IMG/VR virus record: IMGVR_UViG_2784746770_000001
Span: 32,001-96,000 of that record
Reading direction: 5' to 3' (one strand)
From: a virus
Lineage: Duplodnaviria; Caudoviricetes
Length of the DNA stretch: 64,000 nucleotides
Shown: positions 9,376 to 18,400 of the stretch, piece after piece
How positions within the stretch are numbered: the first letter of the stretch is position 1
Layout of the letters: the number at the start of each line of letters is the position of its first letter
Position numbers and translations under genes: made by a program
Notes under the pieces: model-generated
Database searches by the model: none
What the model was told of the DNA's origin: nothing
Seen by the model: only the letters and a program-made list of their open reading frames with translations

Positions 9376-10245
9376 ATGACGGTGTACGACTACCGGCCCG
9401 TGTGGGCCGGAGCCCTGTGCGACCCGGCAACCGCGGGCGGCAGCGTCGACCGCATCGACCTGTACGCCGGGCCCGAGCGGACCGGCACGCCCGTGGCGAC
9501 CGCCGGGCCGGCCACCCGCCTCCGAGACTCCGTCTACCGCTTCGAGATCCCCGACTCGCTGCCGGACGGCCGGTACTGGTGCACCGTCACTCTCGCCCCC
9601 GCTAAGGACCAGAACGTCTCCACCGACCGCACAGTCCGCCTCGACCTCCCACGCGGAGGGGACCTGATCGCCTCTGCCGAACAGGTCGCCGACGCGCTGA
9701 ACATCCCCCTCCCGCTCACCGCCACCCAGCGCGAGCGGTACTGGCAGAAGATCCGCGAGGCCCAGGCCGACGTCCTCACCTACATCGGCCGCCCGCTCAT
9801 CCCCACACCGCAGCGCCTCCTGGCCGTGATGCCGATGTTCGGCTACTCCCTGGACGACCCGCAGGCATGGCCCATCCAGCAGTACGACGACGTGGTCACC
9901 GTCGTCTCCTACATCAGCAACCTGGACGGCACCTACGAGGTGCAGCTCCTCGTCGGCCTCGACGGCAGCACGGAAGAGCCCATCGTCCGGTACGTCGTCG
10001 CGCACGCCGCCGAGTCGCTGCGTAACGACCCCTCCTCGAACGCCGACGGCACGAGGCGCGTCTCCTCCGTCTCCGCCGAAGGACAGTCGATCTCGTACGA
10101 CACCGCCCCCGGCCCGGGCCAGCCCGGAGCCCTCCCCACCATCGACTCTCTCTCCGGCTACAAGCGCCGCATCTACCGCCCGCTGAACACCGCCCCCACC
10201 GCCCCCTGGCCGTACGGCGGCGGACGCCGCTACCGCCGCTGGTAG
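9376..10245 (+). CDS. putative head-tail adaptor
   Basis: AGGAG RBS; VSSVSAEGQSISY motif typical of gp6/gp15-like adaptors; synteny. Confidence 0.65.
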   Translation: MTVYDYRPVWAGALCDPATAGGSVDRIDLYAGPERTGTPVATAGPATRLRDSVYRFEIPDSLPDGRYWCTVTLAPAKDQNVSTDRTVRLDLPRGGDLIASAEQVADALNIPLPLTATQRERYWQKIREAQADVLTYIGRPLIPTPQRLLAVMPMFGYSLDDPQAWPIQQYDDVVTVVSYISNLDGTYEVQLLVGLDGSTEEPIVRYVVAHAAESLRNDPSSNADGTRRVSSVSAEGQSISYDTAPGPGQPGALPTIDSLSGYKRRIYRPLNTAPTAPWPYGGGRRYRRW

Positions 10246-10258
10246 ACCGGAGCACCAC

Positions 10259-10588
10259 ATGGCCGTCCTCCTGCCCGACCGAAACCTCACCGCCTACGTC
10301 CTGTCCCACCCATGGGCCCGAGACGCCCACGGCACGCCCGTCCCGCCGCCGCCGGGCACCACGCCAGCACCACGCGGCACCTGGCCGGGCGCGGCCGTCG
10401 AGCAGACCGACGGATCATGGACCCTGCGCGTCGCCCCGGAAGCCTGGCCTCTGCGCGCCGGCGACGTCCTCGGCGACGGCACCCGTACCTGGACCGTCAC
10501 CACCGCACTCCTCAAGAAGGTCCCCGGCTACGGAGCAGCCGACTACATCGCCGTCGTCGCAGCGCTCAACCCCCCCGAGACACCCTGA
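10259..10588 (+). CDS. putative head-tail stopper
   Basis: 109 aa beta-rich protein (RDAHG...LRAGD....TWTV); synteny. Confidence 0.6.
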   Translation: MAVLLPDRNLTAYVLSHPWARDAHGTPVPPPPGTTPAPRGTWPGAAVEQTDGSWTLRVAPEAWPLRAGDVLGDGTRTWTVTTALLKKVPGYGAADYIAVVAALNPPETP

Positions 10589-11118
10589 TGGCGAAGTTCC
10601 GAGCCGCCCCCGGCCTGGAGCGGCAGCTCGCCGTGATGATCGCCCCCCACATCCACGAGATCGCGCGCGAGGTCGAGCGCGAGGCCAAGCGGCTGGCCCC
10701 GCCCACCAAGAAGTGGGTCACGGTCGCCGACGACCGCGTGCGCCCCACCCATGCGGCCGCGCACAACCAGGAGAAGCCCGCGAACCTCCGCTTCGAGATC
10801 AACTCGATGGACTGGGACCGCCGGCACCGCGGTGTCGGCCCCGTCACCTACATGAAGGCCCCCCGCGACGGGTCCTCCCGAGCCGTGGCCAACATCAAGA
10901 ACTGCCGCTGTATCGCCCGCACCATCCCCGACGGCATCGCACGGAACATCCGCACGCTCCCGCCCGTCATCACCGGCAGCACGGTCACCGCCAAGGTCGT
11001 CGCCAGTGGCGAGTTCGTCGTCGAGGCCGAGGTCGGCACCGTCTACCCCGGGAATATCGAAGCGGCCGGCACCTACTTCATGGCCCGGGCCGCCGCTGCG
11101 GTCGCTGCCCGCCGCTGA
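10588..11118 (+). CDS. HK97 gp10-like neck protein with an inserted MuF-type motif
   Basis: AKRLAP...IARNI...EVGT...FMARA scaffold with KKWVTVADDRVRPTH...NCRC insert; TGATG coupling. Confidence 0.6.
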   Translation: MAKFRAAPGLERQLAVMIAPHIHEIAREVEREAKRLAPPTKKWVTVADDRVRPTHAAAHNQEKPANLRFEINSMDWDRRHRGVGPVTYMKAPRDGSSRAVANIKNCRCIARTIPDGIARNIRTLPPVITGSTVTAKVVASGEFVVEAEVGTVYPGNIEAAGTYFMARAAAAVAARR

Positions 11119-11128
11119 CGGACCCCGC

Positions 11129-11156
11129 GACACAAAGCCCCGCCGGTCTGCACCCT
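11129..11156 (+). promoter_or_regulatory. late promoter motif copy (leaderless)
   Basis: GACACAA-N15-CACCCT, 7 nt before ATG 11164. Confidence 0.7.
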
Positions 11157-11163
11157 GCGCGGC

Positions 11164-11400
11164 ATGACCACGAACATCAAGAAGACCCCGGCCGCCGCCA
11201 GCATCAGCGAGGAACCGACCGACGGCGTCGCGATCGTCGGCCCGCCGCTGCGCCCGGGGCAGACGGCTGAGAAGGTCACCTTCGCCCACCACCTGCGCGT
11301 CGGCGGGAAGGAGGTCCGGCCCGGCGACACCGCCCACGTCTCACCGGACTACGCCCGCCAGCTCCGCAGCAGCGGATACATCGCCCGCACCCGCGGCTGA
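11164..11400 (+). CDS. small virion-associated protein
   Basis: RPGDTAHVSPDYARQLRSSGY resembles small capsid-adjacent phage proteins. Confidence 0.65.
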   Translation: MTTNIKKTPAAASISEEPTDGVAIVGPPLRPGQTAEKVTFAHHLRVGGKEVRPGDTAHVSPDYARQLRSSGYIARTRG

Positions 11401-11404
11401 CCTC

Positions 11405-11848
11405 GTGGACACCGCCTACTCGGTCGCCGACGCCGATCCGGTCGCCGCCGTCCTGTCCTGGCTCACCAAGCACCCCAAGGTCCACGAAGCACTCGGCGGG
11501 CCGGGCCACGTCTCCGGCATCCGCGAGGCCCCCTGGCCCCACCTGCGCGTCACCTCCGGCCCCGGCGGCGACATGCGCACGCTGGAGTGGGCCACCGAGC
11601 CCGAGGTCACCCTGGAGGTCTACGGCGACCCAGGCGGCTGGCCCGGGCAGGCCGCCCTCCGCCGCATCGCCCTCATCGCCGCGCTCGCCGCGAAGGAACT
11701 CCCCGATGCCCCGGCAGAGCCCGGCCGGCCGGTCGTCAGCTCCGTCCGCCCCTCTGGCGCACTCATCGACTCGCCTCTCGCGGACGGCCAGCCCCGCCAT
11801 CTCTTCGGCCTGCTCGTGACCGTGCACCCGCCACTCACCCCCGCCTGA
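11405..11848 (+). CDS. putative tail terminator
   Basis: Size, position before the tail tube gene, and PWPHLRV...LEVYG pattern. Confidence 0.65.
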   Translation: MDTAYSVADADPVAAVLSWLTKHPKVHEALGGPGHVSGIREAPWPHLRVTSGPGGDMRTLEWATEPEVTLEVYGDPGGWPGQAALRRIALIAALAAKELPDAPAEPGRPVVSSVRPSGALIDSPLADGQPRHLFGLLVTVHPPLTPA

Positions 11849-11868
11849 CCCCGAGGCCCCGACCACGC

Positions 11869-11896
11869 GACGTAAGCCCCACGGGCTCTCCATCGT
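11869..11896 (+). promoter_or_regulatory. late promoter motif copy
   Basis: GACGTAA-N15-CATCGT. Confidence 0.65.
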
Positions 11897-11937
11897 GACC
11901 CGGCCCTAAGAACCCGGCCGCAAGGAGCAGCCCGCCC

Positions 11938-12531
11938 ATGACCGTCGAGATCACCAACGCCACACAGATCGTCACCCCCGCCCGCACCCGCGTCTGGCTC
12001 GCGCCGGTCGGCACCGCGGCCCCCGCCGATGCCCTCGTCGCGATGCCCACCGGCTGGTACAGCGTCGGCCTCACCACCCCCGACAGCCTCAAGTTCTCCG
12101 AGGAGCCCCAGTTCGAGGAGGTCCGATCCGCCCAGACCGACTTCCCCAGCCGGACCATCCAGACCTCGGACTCCGCCACCATCGAGGTCGACCTCCAGCA
12201 GTGGTCCGGCCGCAACTTCAAGGCCGTGTTCGGCGGCGGCAACATCGTCGAGATCACCCCGTCCGGTGGCACCGGCACGCCCAAGCACTACAAGTTCACC
12301 CCGCCCCGCATCGGCGGCCGCAGCGAGGTCGCCGCCGTCATCGAGGTCATCGACGGCGAGAAGGCGTACCGCTACGTCGCGCCCCGCGCCATGCAGATGG
12401 AGGGCGTCAGCACCGAGCTCCAGAAGGCGAAGGAGGCCGTGCTGCCCCTCCGACTCGCCATCCAGGGCGGCGACGACACCGACCCGTGGTACCTGCTCAC
12501 CAACGACCCGGCCTTCGCCCCGTCGGCCTGA
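11938..12531 (+). CDS. major tail (tube) protein
   Basis: AAGGAG RBS; VWLAPVGTAAP...W.SVGLTT.D...DGEKAYRYVAPR resembles actinophage tail tube proteins. Confidence 0.85.
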   Translation: MTVEITNATQIVTPARTRVWLAPVGTAAPADALVAMPTGWYSVGLTTPDSLKFSEEPQFEEVRSAQTDFPSRTIQTSDSATIEVDLQQWSGRNFKAVFGGGNIVEITPSGGTGTPKHYKFTPPRIGGRSEVAAVIEVIDGEKAYRYVAPRAMQMEGVSTELQKAKEAVLPLRLAIQGGDDTDPWYLLTNDPAFAPSA

Positions 12532-12537
12532 CGGCCG

Positions 12538-12563
12538 CCCGTGTCTCACATGTGAGACACGGG
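12538..12563. repeat. parS-like palindrome 1
   Basis: Perfect 26-bp palindrome with core GTGTCTCACATGTGAGACAC. Confidence 0.75.
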
Positions 12564-12567
12564 TCGA

Positions 12568-12613
12568 AGCGCCGTCTGGCGTGTCTCACATGTGAGACAC
12601 GCCAGACGGCGCT
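12568..12613. repeat. parS-like palindrome 2
   Basis: Perfect 46-bp palindrome with the same 20-bp core. Confidence 0.75.
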
Positions 12614-12717
12614 CTTCCTTCTCGGAGGTCTCTGCCCACTCATAATCGTCGGGCTGGCAGAATGCGAGCGAATTGTTCGCCGTGCCTTCGGAGGGCGCTG
12701 TTGTGGCCATCATCCCT

Positions 12718-13599
12718 ATGTCGGCTGTAGATATCGGCATCGACTACTCGCGGTTCACCCCTGTCTTCGCCTTCGCCAGCGGCAAGGGCGGCGTCGGAAA
12801 GACGACCCTGACCGGCAACAACGCCACCAAGACCGCGAGCAAGGGCATCCCGACGCTCGCGATCGACGCCAATGGGCAGGGCAACCTCCGCCGCGAGTTC
12901 GGGATAGGAGAAGGCGACGGGGGCAAGGCGTTCGTTCAGGCGCTGCGCGACGGCACCCCCCTCGTGCCCGTCAAGAACGTTCGGCCGAACCTGGACGTCG
13001 TGCTCGGCGGCAAGGAGCTGCGAGCGATCAACACCGTGTTCATGGAGATTGCGCAGGAGTCGGGGCCGATCGCGGCCTTCTGCCGCCTCGCACAGTGCTT
13101 GCAGCCGCTCCTGAACCAGTACGGCGTCGTCTGGATCGACGCGCCCCCGGAGAACCCCAACGTCCTCACTCTCTGCCTGTGCGCGAGCAGGTGGCTGGTG
13201 ACCCCCGTCAAGATGGACGTCTGCTCGCTGGAAGACGCCCTGAAAGACATCTCCGACACCTTCAAGGCCGCCAGGAGCGTAAACCCGCTCCTCCAACTCC
13301 TCGGAGTTGTCCACTTCGGCTCTCCCAGCGGTGCCACCAGCATCCACAGGGAAGTCGTTGCCGAGGCCCGAAAGCTCCTCGGCAAGAGCACCCACGTCTT
13401 CGAGGAGTCGATCCACGCCTCGCCCAAGACGGCGAAGCTGGCCCGCGAGCTCGGGCTCTCCGTGTGGGAGCTGGAGGCGAAGAGCCGCGAGGAAGACAAG
13501 CGCATGGCTGAGCAGATCAGCAACCTCGCCGGCGCTCACGACAAGCTGACGACCGCCCTCTTGCGCCAGATGCGCGCCCGAATGGAGATCACTGCATGA
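12718..13599 (+). CDS. parA: ParA family partition ATPase
   Basis: Deviant Walker A SGKGGVGKTT, IDANGQGN, Walker B WIDAPP. Start is uncertain (12673-12718). Confidence 0.92.
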   Translation: MSAVDIGIDYSRFTPVFAFASGKGGVGKTTLTGNNATKTASKGIPTLAIDANGQGNLRREFGIGEGDGGKAFVQALRDGTPLVPVKNVRPNLDVVLGGKELRAINTVFMEIAQESGPIAAFCRLAQCLQPLLNQYGVVWIDAPPENPNVLTLCLCASRWLVTPVKMDVCSLEDALKDISDTFKAARSVNPLLQLLGVVHFGSPSGATSIHREVVAEARKLLGKSTHVFEESIHASPKTAKLARELGLSVWELEAKSREEDKRMAEQISNLAGAHDKLTTALLRQMRARMEITA

Positions 13600-14558
13600 C
13601 CGCCCCCACTCCGGAGACGGACAGTGTCGAAGAGGAGAGGGGCGAGCTCGAAGACGCATTCGGCGGCTCAGCCAGCCCTGATGACGCCTTCGACATCCTG
13701 CGCAACCTGAACCTTCCGCCGGGCGCCCAGGCCCTGCTGCCGGGGCCCCAGAAGGGGGAGGATGCCCAACCCGGGGCGGATGCTGGAGCGCCCGAAGCCG
13801 ATACCGGAGCATCCGAAGCCGAGCTGGAGATCCGCACGCTCCAGATGCCGGCCGCGACCGCGTCGCGAGCGGAGCAGCTGGCGTACTGGGAGCGCATCGT
13901 CGAAGAGGAGCGAGCCCTCTACCGCGACACGGTCGCGGCCGCCGACAAGCGCTTCGTTGAGAAGGCGAACCTGCCTCTCTACGTCATCCATCAGAACGGC
14001 CTGTACCTCGACATGGTCTCGCCGAGCACCGGGGCCCCCTACAAGACCTTCAAGGCGTACCTCCAGGAGCGATGGGGCATCTCCAGGGCGCACGGATACC
14101 GGGTTGTGAATGAGCACACAGTCCGCAGGGCACTGGGGGACTTGGCGCCGGAATCGCTGAGCGCGCGGCAGGTCCCGGTGCTCCTGGCCCTGCACCGCCT
14201 GGTCAGCAAGGAGCTCGCCGATAGCGATCTTGAGGCCGCGCAGAAGGCCGGCGATGAGGCCGTGCGGAAGGCGTGGGAGGAGTCCGAAGAGAAGACTCCG
14301 AACGCACTCCAGGCCACGATCAAGCGCCTGGGATGGTCTGTTCGTGCGGTCGAGGCTACAGACGACCTGAGCGACTCCGGAGAGGCTGCCCCGAGCCAGC
14401 TGGACCGCTGGGGCAAGGCGGCGAAGGCATTCGATCCTTCCAAGGCCACAGAACTCAGCGCGGCAGCCGCCCGCGAGCTGTACGAACAGCTCAAGCCATT
14501 CGTCGACGCTTTGGAGAGCGTGGCTCTTCCCAGCGGGAAGAAGACCAAGTCGTCCTGA
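13596..14558 (+). CDS. putative centromere-binding partner of ParA (non-canonical ParB)
   Basis: ATGA coupling to parA; HTH-like YKTFKAYLQERWGISRAHGYRVV; no GxxRxxA CTPase motif. Confidence 0.7.
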   Translation: MTAPTPETDSVEEERGELEDAFGGSASPDDAFDILRNLNLPPGAQALLPGPQKGEDAQPGADAGAPEADTGASEAELEIRTLQMPAATASRAEQLAYWERIVEEERALYRDTVAAADKRFVEKANLPLYVIHQNGLYLDMVSPSTGAPYKTFKAYLQERWGISRAHGYRVVNEHTVRRALGDLAPESLSARQVPVLLALHRLVSKELADSDLEAAQKAGDEAVRKAWEESEEKTPNALQATIKRLGWSVRAVEATDDLSDSGEAAPSQLDRWGKAAKAFDPSKATELSAAAARELYEQLKPFVDALESVALPSGKKTKSS

Positions 14559-14568
14559 CCTTCGAACC

Positions 14569-14612
14569 GTACGAGGGCCCGTGTCTCACATGTGAGACAC
14601 GGGCCCTCGTAC
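14569..14612. repeat. parS-like palindrome 3
   Basis: Perfect 44-bp palindrome GTACGAGGGCCC-core-GGGCCCTCGTAC. Confidence 0.75.
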
Positions 14613-14631
14613 ATGCGCAAGCGCAGCACGA

Positions 14632-14659
14632 GACGTAAGCGCGCGGCGTTCTCTACCTT
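14632..14659 (+). promoter_or_regulatory. late promoter motif copy
   Basis: GACGTAA-N15-TACCTT; would restart tail transcription after the par cassette. Confidence 0.65.
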
Positions 14660-14697
14660 CCGCGGGTCCGACACCGCCCCGGGAGGGAACCCGCACC

Positions 14698-15228
14698 ATG
14701 TCGTCCTACGCCATCGACCTCGACGCCCAGCGCCGCGAGGTCAAGCACCCCCACGGCATCCCCGTGAAGTTCTCCAGGAACCTCGACCTGCTCTTTCCGG
14801 CCGAGCTGCCGGCCGACGCCCTGGACCCGCTCCTCAGCGACGAGCTCGACCTCGTCGGCCTCCTCGCCGACATCATGCGCACGGACAGCGGCTCCGCCGT
14901 CGGCGAGGTCATCGAGGTCCTGTTCAAGCGCCCCCGCCTCCCGAAGCAGTTCCTCGCCGCGATCAGGGAGACGTACGCGCTGCTCCTCGACGAGGACCAG
15001 TACGCCCAGTTCATCGCCGCCCGCCCGTCGCTGTCCGACTACGTCCGGCTCAGCACCGCCCTGATCCGCCTGTACGGGGTGGACCTGGGAAAGCTTTTCG
15101 GGTCGGCCGACTCCTCCGCTCCCGATGGGGCGACGTCGAGTCCGACCTCCTCCGGTACTACGGACTCGACGCCCGAGGCATCTGGCTCCGCCCAGGACAG
15201 CCCGGCTTCCTCGGACTCCGCCGGCTGA
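14698..15228 (+). CDS. tail assembly chaperone (gpG-like)
   Basis: GGAGG RBS; upstream of the tape measure gene; contains the slippery site. Confidence 0.85.
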   Translation: MSSYAIDLDAQRREVKHPHGIPVKFSRNLDLLFPAELPADALDPLLSDELDLVGLLADIMRTDSGSAVGEVIEVLFKRPRLPKQFLAAIRETYALLLDEDQYAQFIAARPSLSDYVRLSTALIRLYGVDLGKLFGSADSSAPDGATSSPTSSGTTDSTPEASGSAQDSPASSDSAG

Positions 15229-15491
15229 TCGCGCTCCTCGACGGCCTGCCCGAGGAGTCCCGCGTCAGCTCGTCGCCCATCGGCGGCTGGACTGTCCGTA
15301 CCGAACTCCTGGCGCAGCTCGTGGAGGAAATCTCCCTGCTCGCCTCCGACCACCGCCGCAAGAAGCCGCGGACGATCAACCGTCCGTACGACACGACGGG
15401 CCCGGAGGCGCAGCAGTCCACCAAGCCGATGAACGGCCACCAGGCGATGCTGGCGGCCGCAGCCAGGAGAGGGATGGTCCGCAGTGTCTGA
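15087..15491 (+). CDS. -1 frameshift extension of the tail chaperone (gpGT-like)
   Basis: G GGA AAG at 15087-15093 in X XXY YYZ register; the -1 frame reads VESDLLRYYGLD...LRRLIALLDGLPEES up to the tape measure start. Confidence 0.85.
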   Translation, partial: GKAFRVGRLLRSRWGDVESDLLRYYGLDARGIWLRPGQPGFLGLRRLIALLDGLPEESRVSSSPIGGWTVRTELLAQLVEEISLLASDHRRKKPRTINRPYDTTGPEAQQSTKPMNGHQAMLAAAARRGMVRSV

Positions 15492-18400
15492 GGGCATGCA
15501 GGCCGGCCGCCTTGAAGTGCCGGTGGTTGCCTCCCTCGCAGGGTTCGCCGAAGAGCTGCGGACCAAGGTGGAGGCAGCAGCCGAGGGCCTGGCCGTCAAG
15601 GTCAAGGTCAAGGTCGATACCACGGGTCTGCGCGAGCGGATCGAGAAGGCCGCCGAGGAGGCGTCCCGTGGTGTCACCGCCAAGGTCCGGGTCCGGGTCG
15701 ACCGCCGCGGCCTGCGCGGCGAGCTCAACGACGTGGCGCGAGAAGCCGCCGACAGCGACGTCCGTGTACCGGTCGACATCGACGAGGGGAGGCGTCGCGG
15801 CGGCAGCCTGATGGACCGGATCAGGTCCCTCCTGGGCGGCGCCCAGCGCGAGGTCGACCGGACACCCGTCGATGTCCCCTTCCAGTTCAAGATGCCGGGA
15901 GGCGGCCGGCGCTCCCTGCGGATGCTCGCGATCGGCGGCATCATCTCGATCTTGCAGCCCGCCATCGCTGCACTCACCCAGTACGGCGGTGCGGTCGTCG
16001 CCCTCGCCTCCTCGATGGCCCCGGCCGTCGGTGTTCTTGGCGCGGTCCCGGGGCTCATCGCGGCGGCCGGCACCGCGGCCATCGGCACGAAGGTTGCGTT
16101 CTCCGGCTTCGGCGAAGCGCTGAAGCAGAACCTGCGGATGTACGAGCAGACGGCCGCAGGTATGAAGCGGACCAAGGCCCAGGAGCAGCAACTCGCCTCC
16201 GCGATGGGCAAGCTGTCGGAGTCCGCACAAAAGGCTGTCGTTACGGTTGCTGACCTGGGTGACGAATGGCGCAAGATGCGCCAGTCTGTACAGGAGCGCT
16301 TCTTCTCGAATGTTGCGGACGACATCCAGCCGCTGTCGGACTCGGTGCTGCCGCTGCTGCAGGACTCCCTCGGGGACTCGGCCGCCCAGATGGGTGTGCT
16401 CGCCCAGCGCGGCGCCCGGTTCATGCAGACCGGGATCTTCAAGAGCGACTTCAAGAAGATCGCCGGGACCAACTCGAAGGTCATCGGCAACCTGACCGAT
16501 GGCCTGGGGAACCTCGGCCGGGCCTCCCTCGACTTCCTGGTGGCCTCTGGCCCCTTCGTCGAGAGGATCGGTGCGGCAGGCGAGCGCTTCACCCAGTGGG
16601 TGCGGGCATCGGCCGCCGCTGGACGCTCCACCGGCTCGCTCGGCAAGTTCCTGGACCACGCTGCCGAGAAGGCCAAGCAACTCGGTCGTACCACCCTGTA
16701 CCTCGGCCGTGGCCTCGCCGGCGTCGGCCGCGCCGGCATGGACGCGGGCAACGCGCTCTTCGACGGCCTCGAAGCCGCCATGCTCCGCTTCGACCGGTGG
16801 GCCAACAGCGCCAAGGGCAAGAAGTCGATGGAGAAGTTCTTCTCCGACGCCGCGCCCACGTTCCACGAGCTGAACGCACTCGTCGGCGACCTCGTCCGCG
16901 GACTCGGCCGGATGGCCAAGGACAACGGGATCACGGATCTCGTCCGGCAGATCCGCACCGAGCTGATGCCCGGCATCGGCGCCTTCCTCAACTCGATCGG
17001 CCGCAGCGTCGGACCCGCCGTCATCGGCATCATCTCCAACATCGCGCAAGCCATCGCCACCCTCTCCTCCGCGGGAACCGGGCTCGGCGTGCTCCTGACG
17101 TCCTTCAACGGCCTGCTGAACGTCTTCAACAAGCTGACGGACGTGATTCCTGGCCTCGGCACCGGCCTCGGGATCCTCCTCGGCACGATGCTCGCCTTCA
17201 AGGTCGTGCGCGGCATCTCCAGCGCCCTGAGCGGGATGGTCACCTCCGTCCGCAACCTCGGAACGGCAACCAGCGTTGCCAACGGCGCCATGGGCCCTCA
17301 GATCAGCGTGTGGCAGCGCATGCAGGGCGCCTACGCGGGGGCGGCCTCCGGCGCGGGCCGGGTGACTGGGGCGCTGCGGGCTGCAGGCGCGGCGGCCGGC
17401 GGGATGCGCGTCGGCATGACCGGGCTCCTCGGTGCGCTCGGCGGCCCATGGGGCGCGGCCATCGCCGCCGTCACCATCGGCATCGGCCTCCTCGCCAACC
17501 AGCACGAGAAAGCCGCCCGTGCTGCCGAAGCACAAGAGCAGCGGATCAGCTCCCTCACACAGGCGTTCCGTGACTCCAACGGCGCCATCGACGCCAACGT
17601 GAGGGCCCAGGCCGTACAGCTCTTGCAAGACGCCAAGCTGCACGACGGCAAGACCAAGCTCGTCGACAAGCTGCGCGACGTGGGAGTCAACCTCACCCAA
17701 CTCACCGACGCCTACCTGGACCAGGGCGACGGCCTGGACAAGCTCGAATCGAAGTTCCGGAACCTCGCCGACGCGAACCAGGAGTACATCGAGAAGGGGC
17801 GTGACGTCTGGGTCAAGGGCGACGGTGCCGAGTCCAAGCGGTATCGGTCGGCAGCCGATGCCCTGAGAAGCCTGAACGGCGAGCTGTCGGAGAGCATGCG
17901 CACAGCCCGTGAAGGCGCGGATGCGATGAACGGCGCCGGCAATGCAGGCACGGACTCGTTCAGCCGCCTCAAGACCGCTGTCGACGGCATGTCGAACTCC
18001 ACCGCCTCGGCAGACGACCGGGTCAACAGCCTCAAGCGGGCCCTCGACGCGCTCACCGGTGGAACGCAGTCGTTCCACGACGCCCAGACCCGCGTCAACT
18101 CGGCGATCATCTCCGTGAACGACGCGATGGAGGCCAACACCAGCAAGCTCAAGAACGCCTCCAAGGAGCTCATCCAGTACGACGGATCGGTCAACACCGC
18201 CACCAAGAGCGGCCAGCAGTTCAACAGCCACCTCACCGAACTACGGGACTCCGCTTCCGCGGCTGCGGTGGCTGCATTCGACATGGCGAAGAACAACGGC
18301 ACCCCGCTCGCTGACGCGCTCCGCACCGGGCAGAGCGAGATGACGAAGGCCCGCGAGGCGGCCATCGCGTACGGCCGAGACCTGGGGCTGACGAAGGAAC

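Noticed and set aside
12568-14612. Protelomerase target (telRL) for the long perfect palindromes
   Set aside because: There are three copies flanking parA rather than one site, and no protelomerase is visible; a centromere is the simpler explanation.
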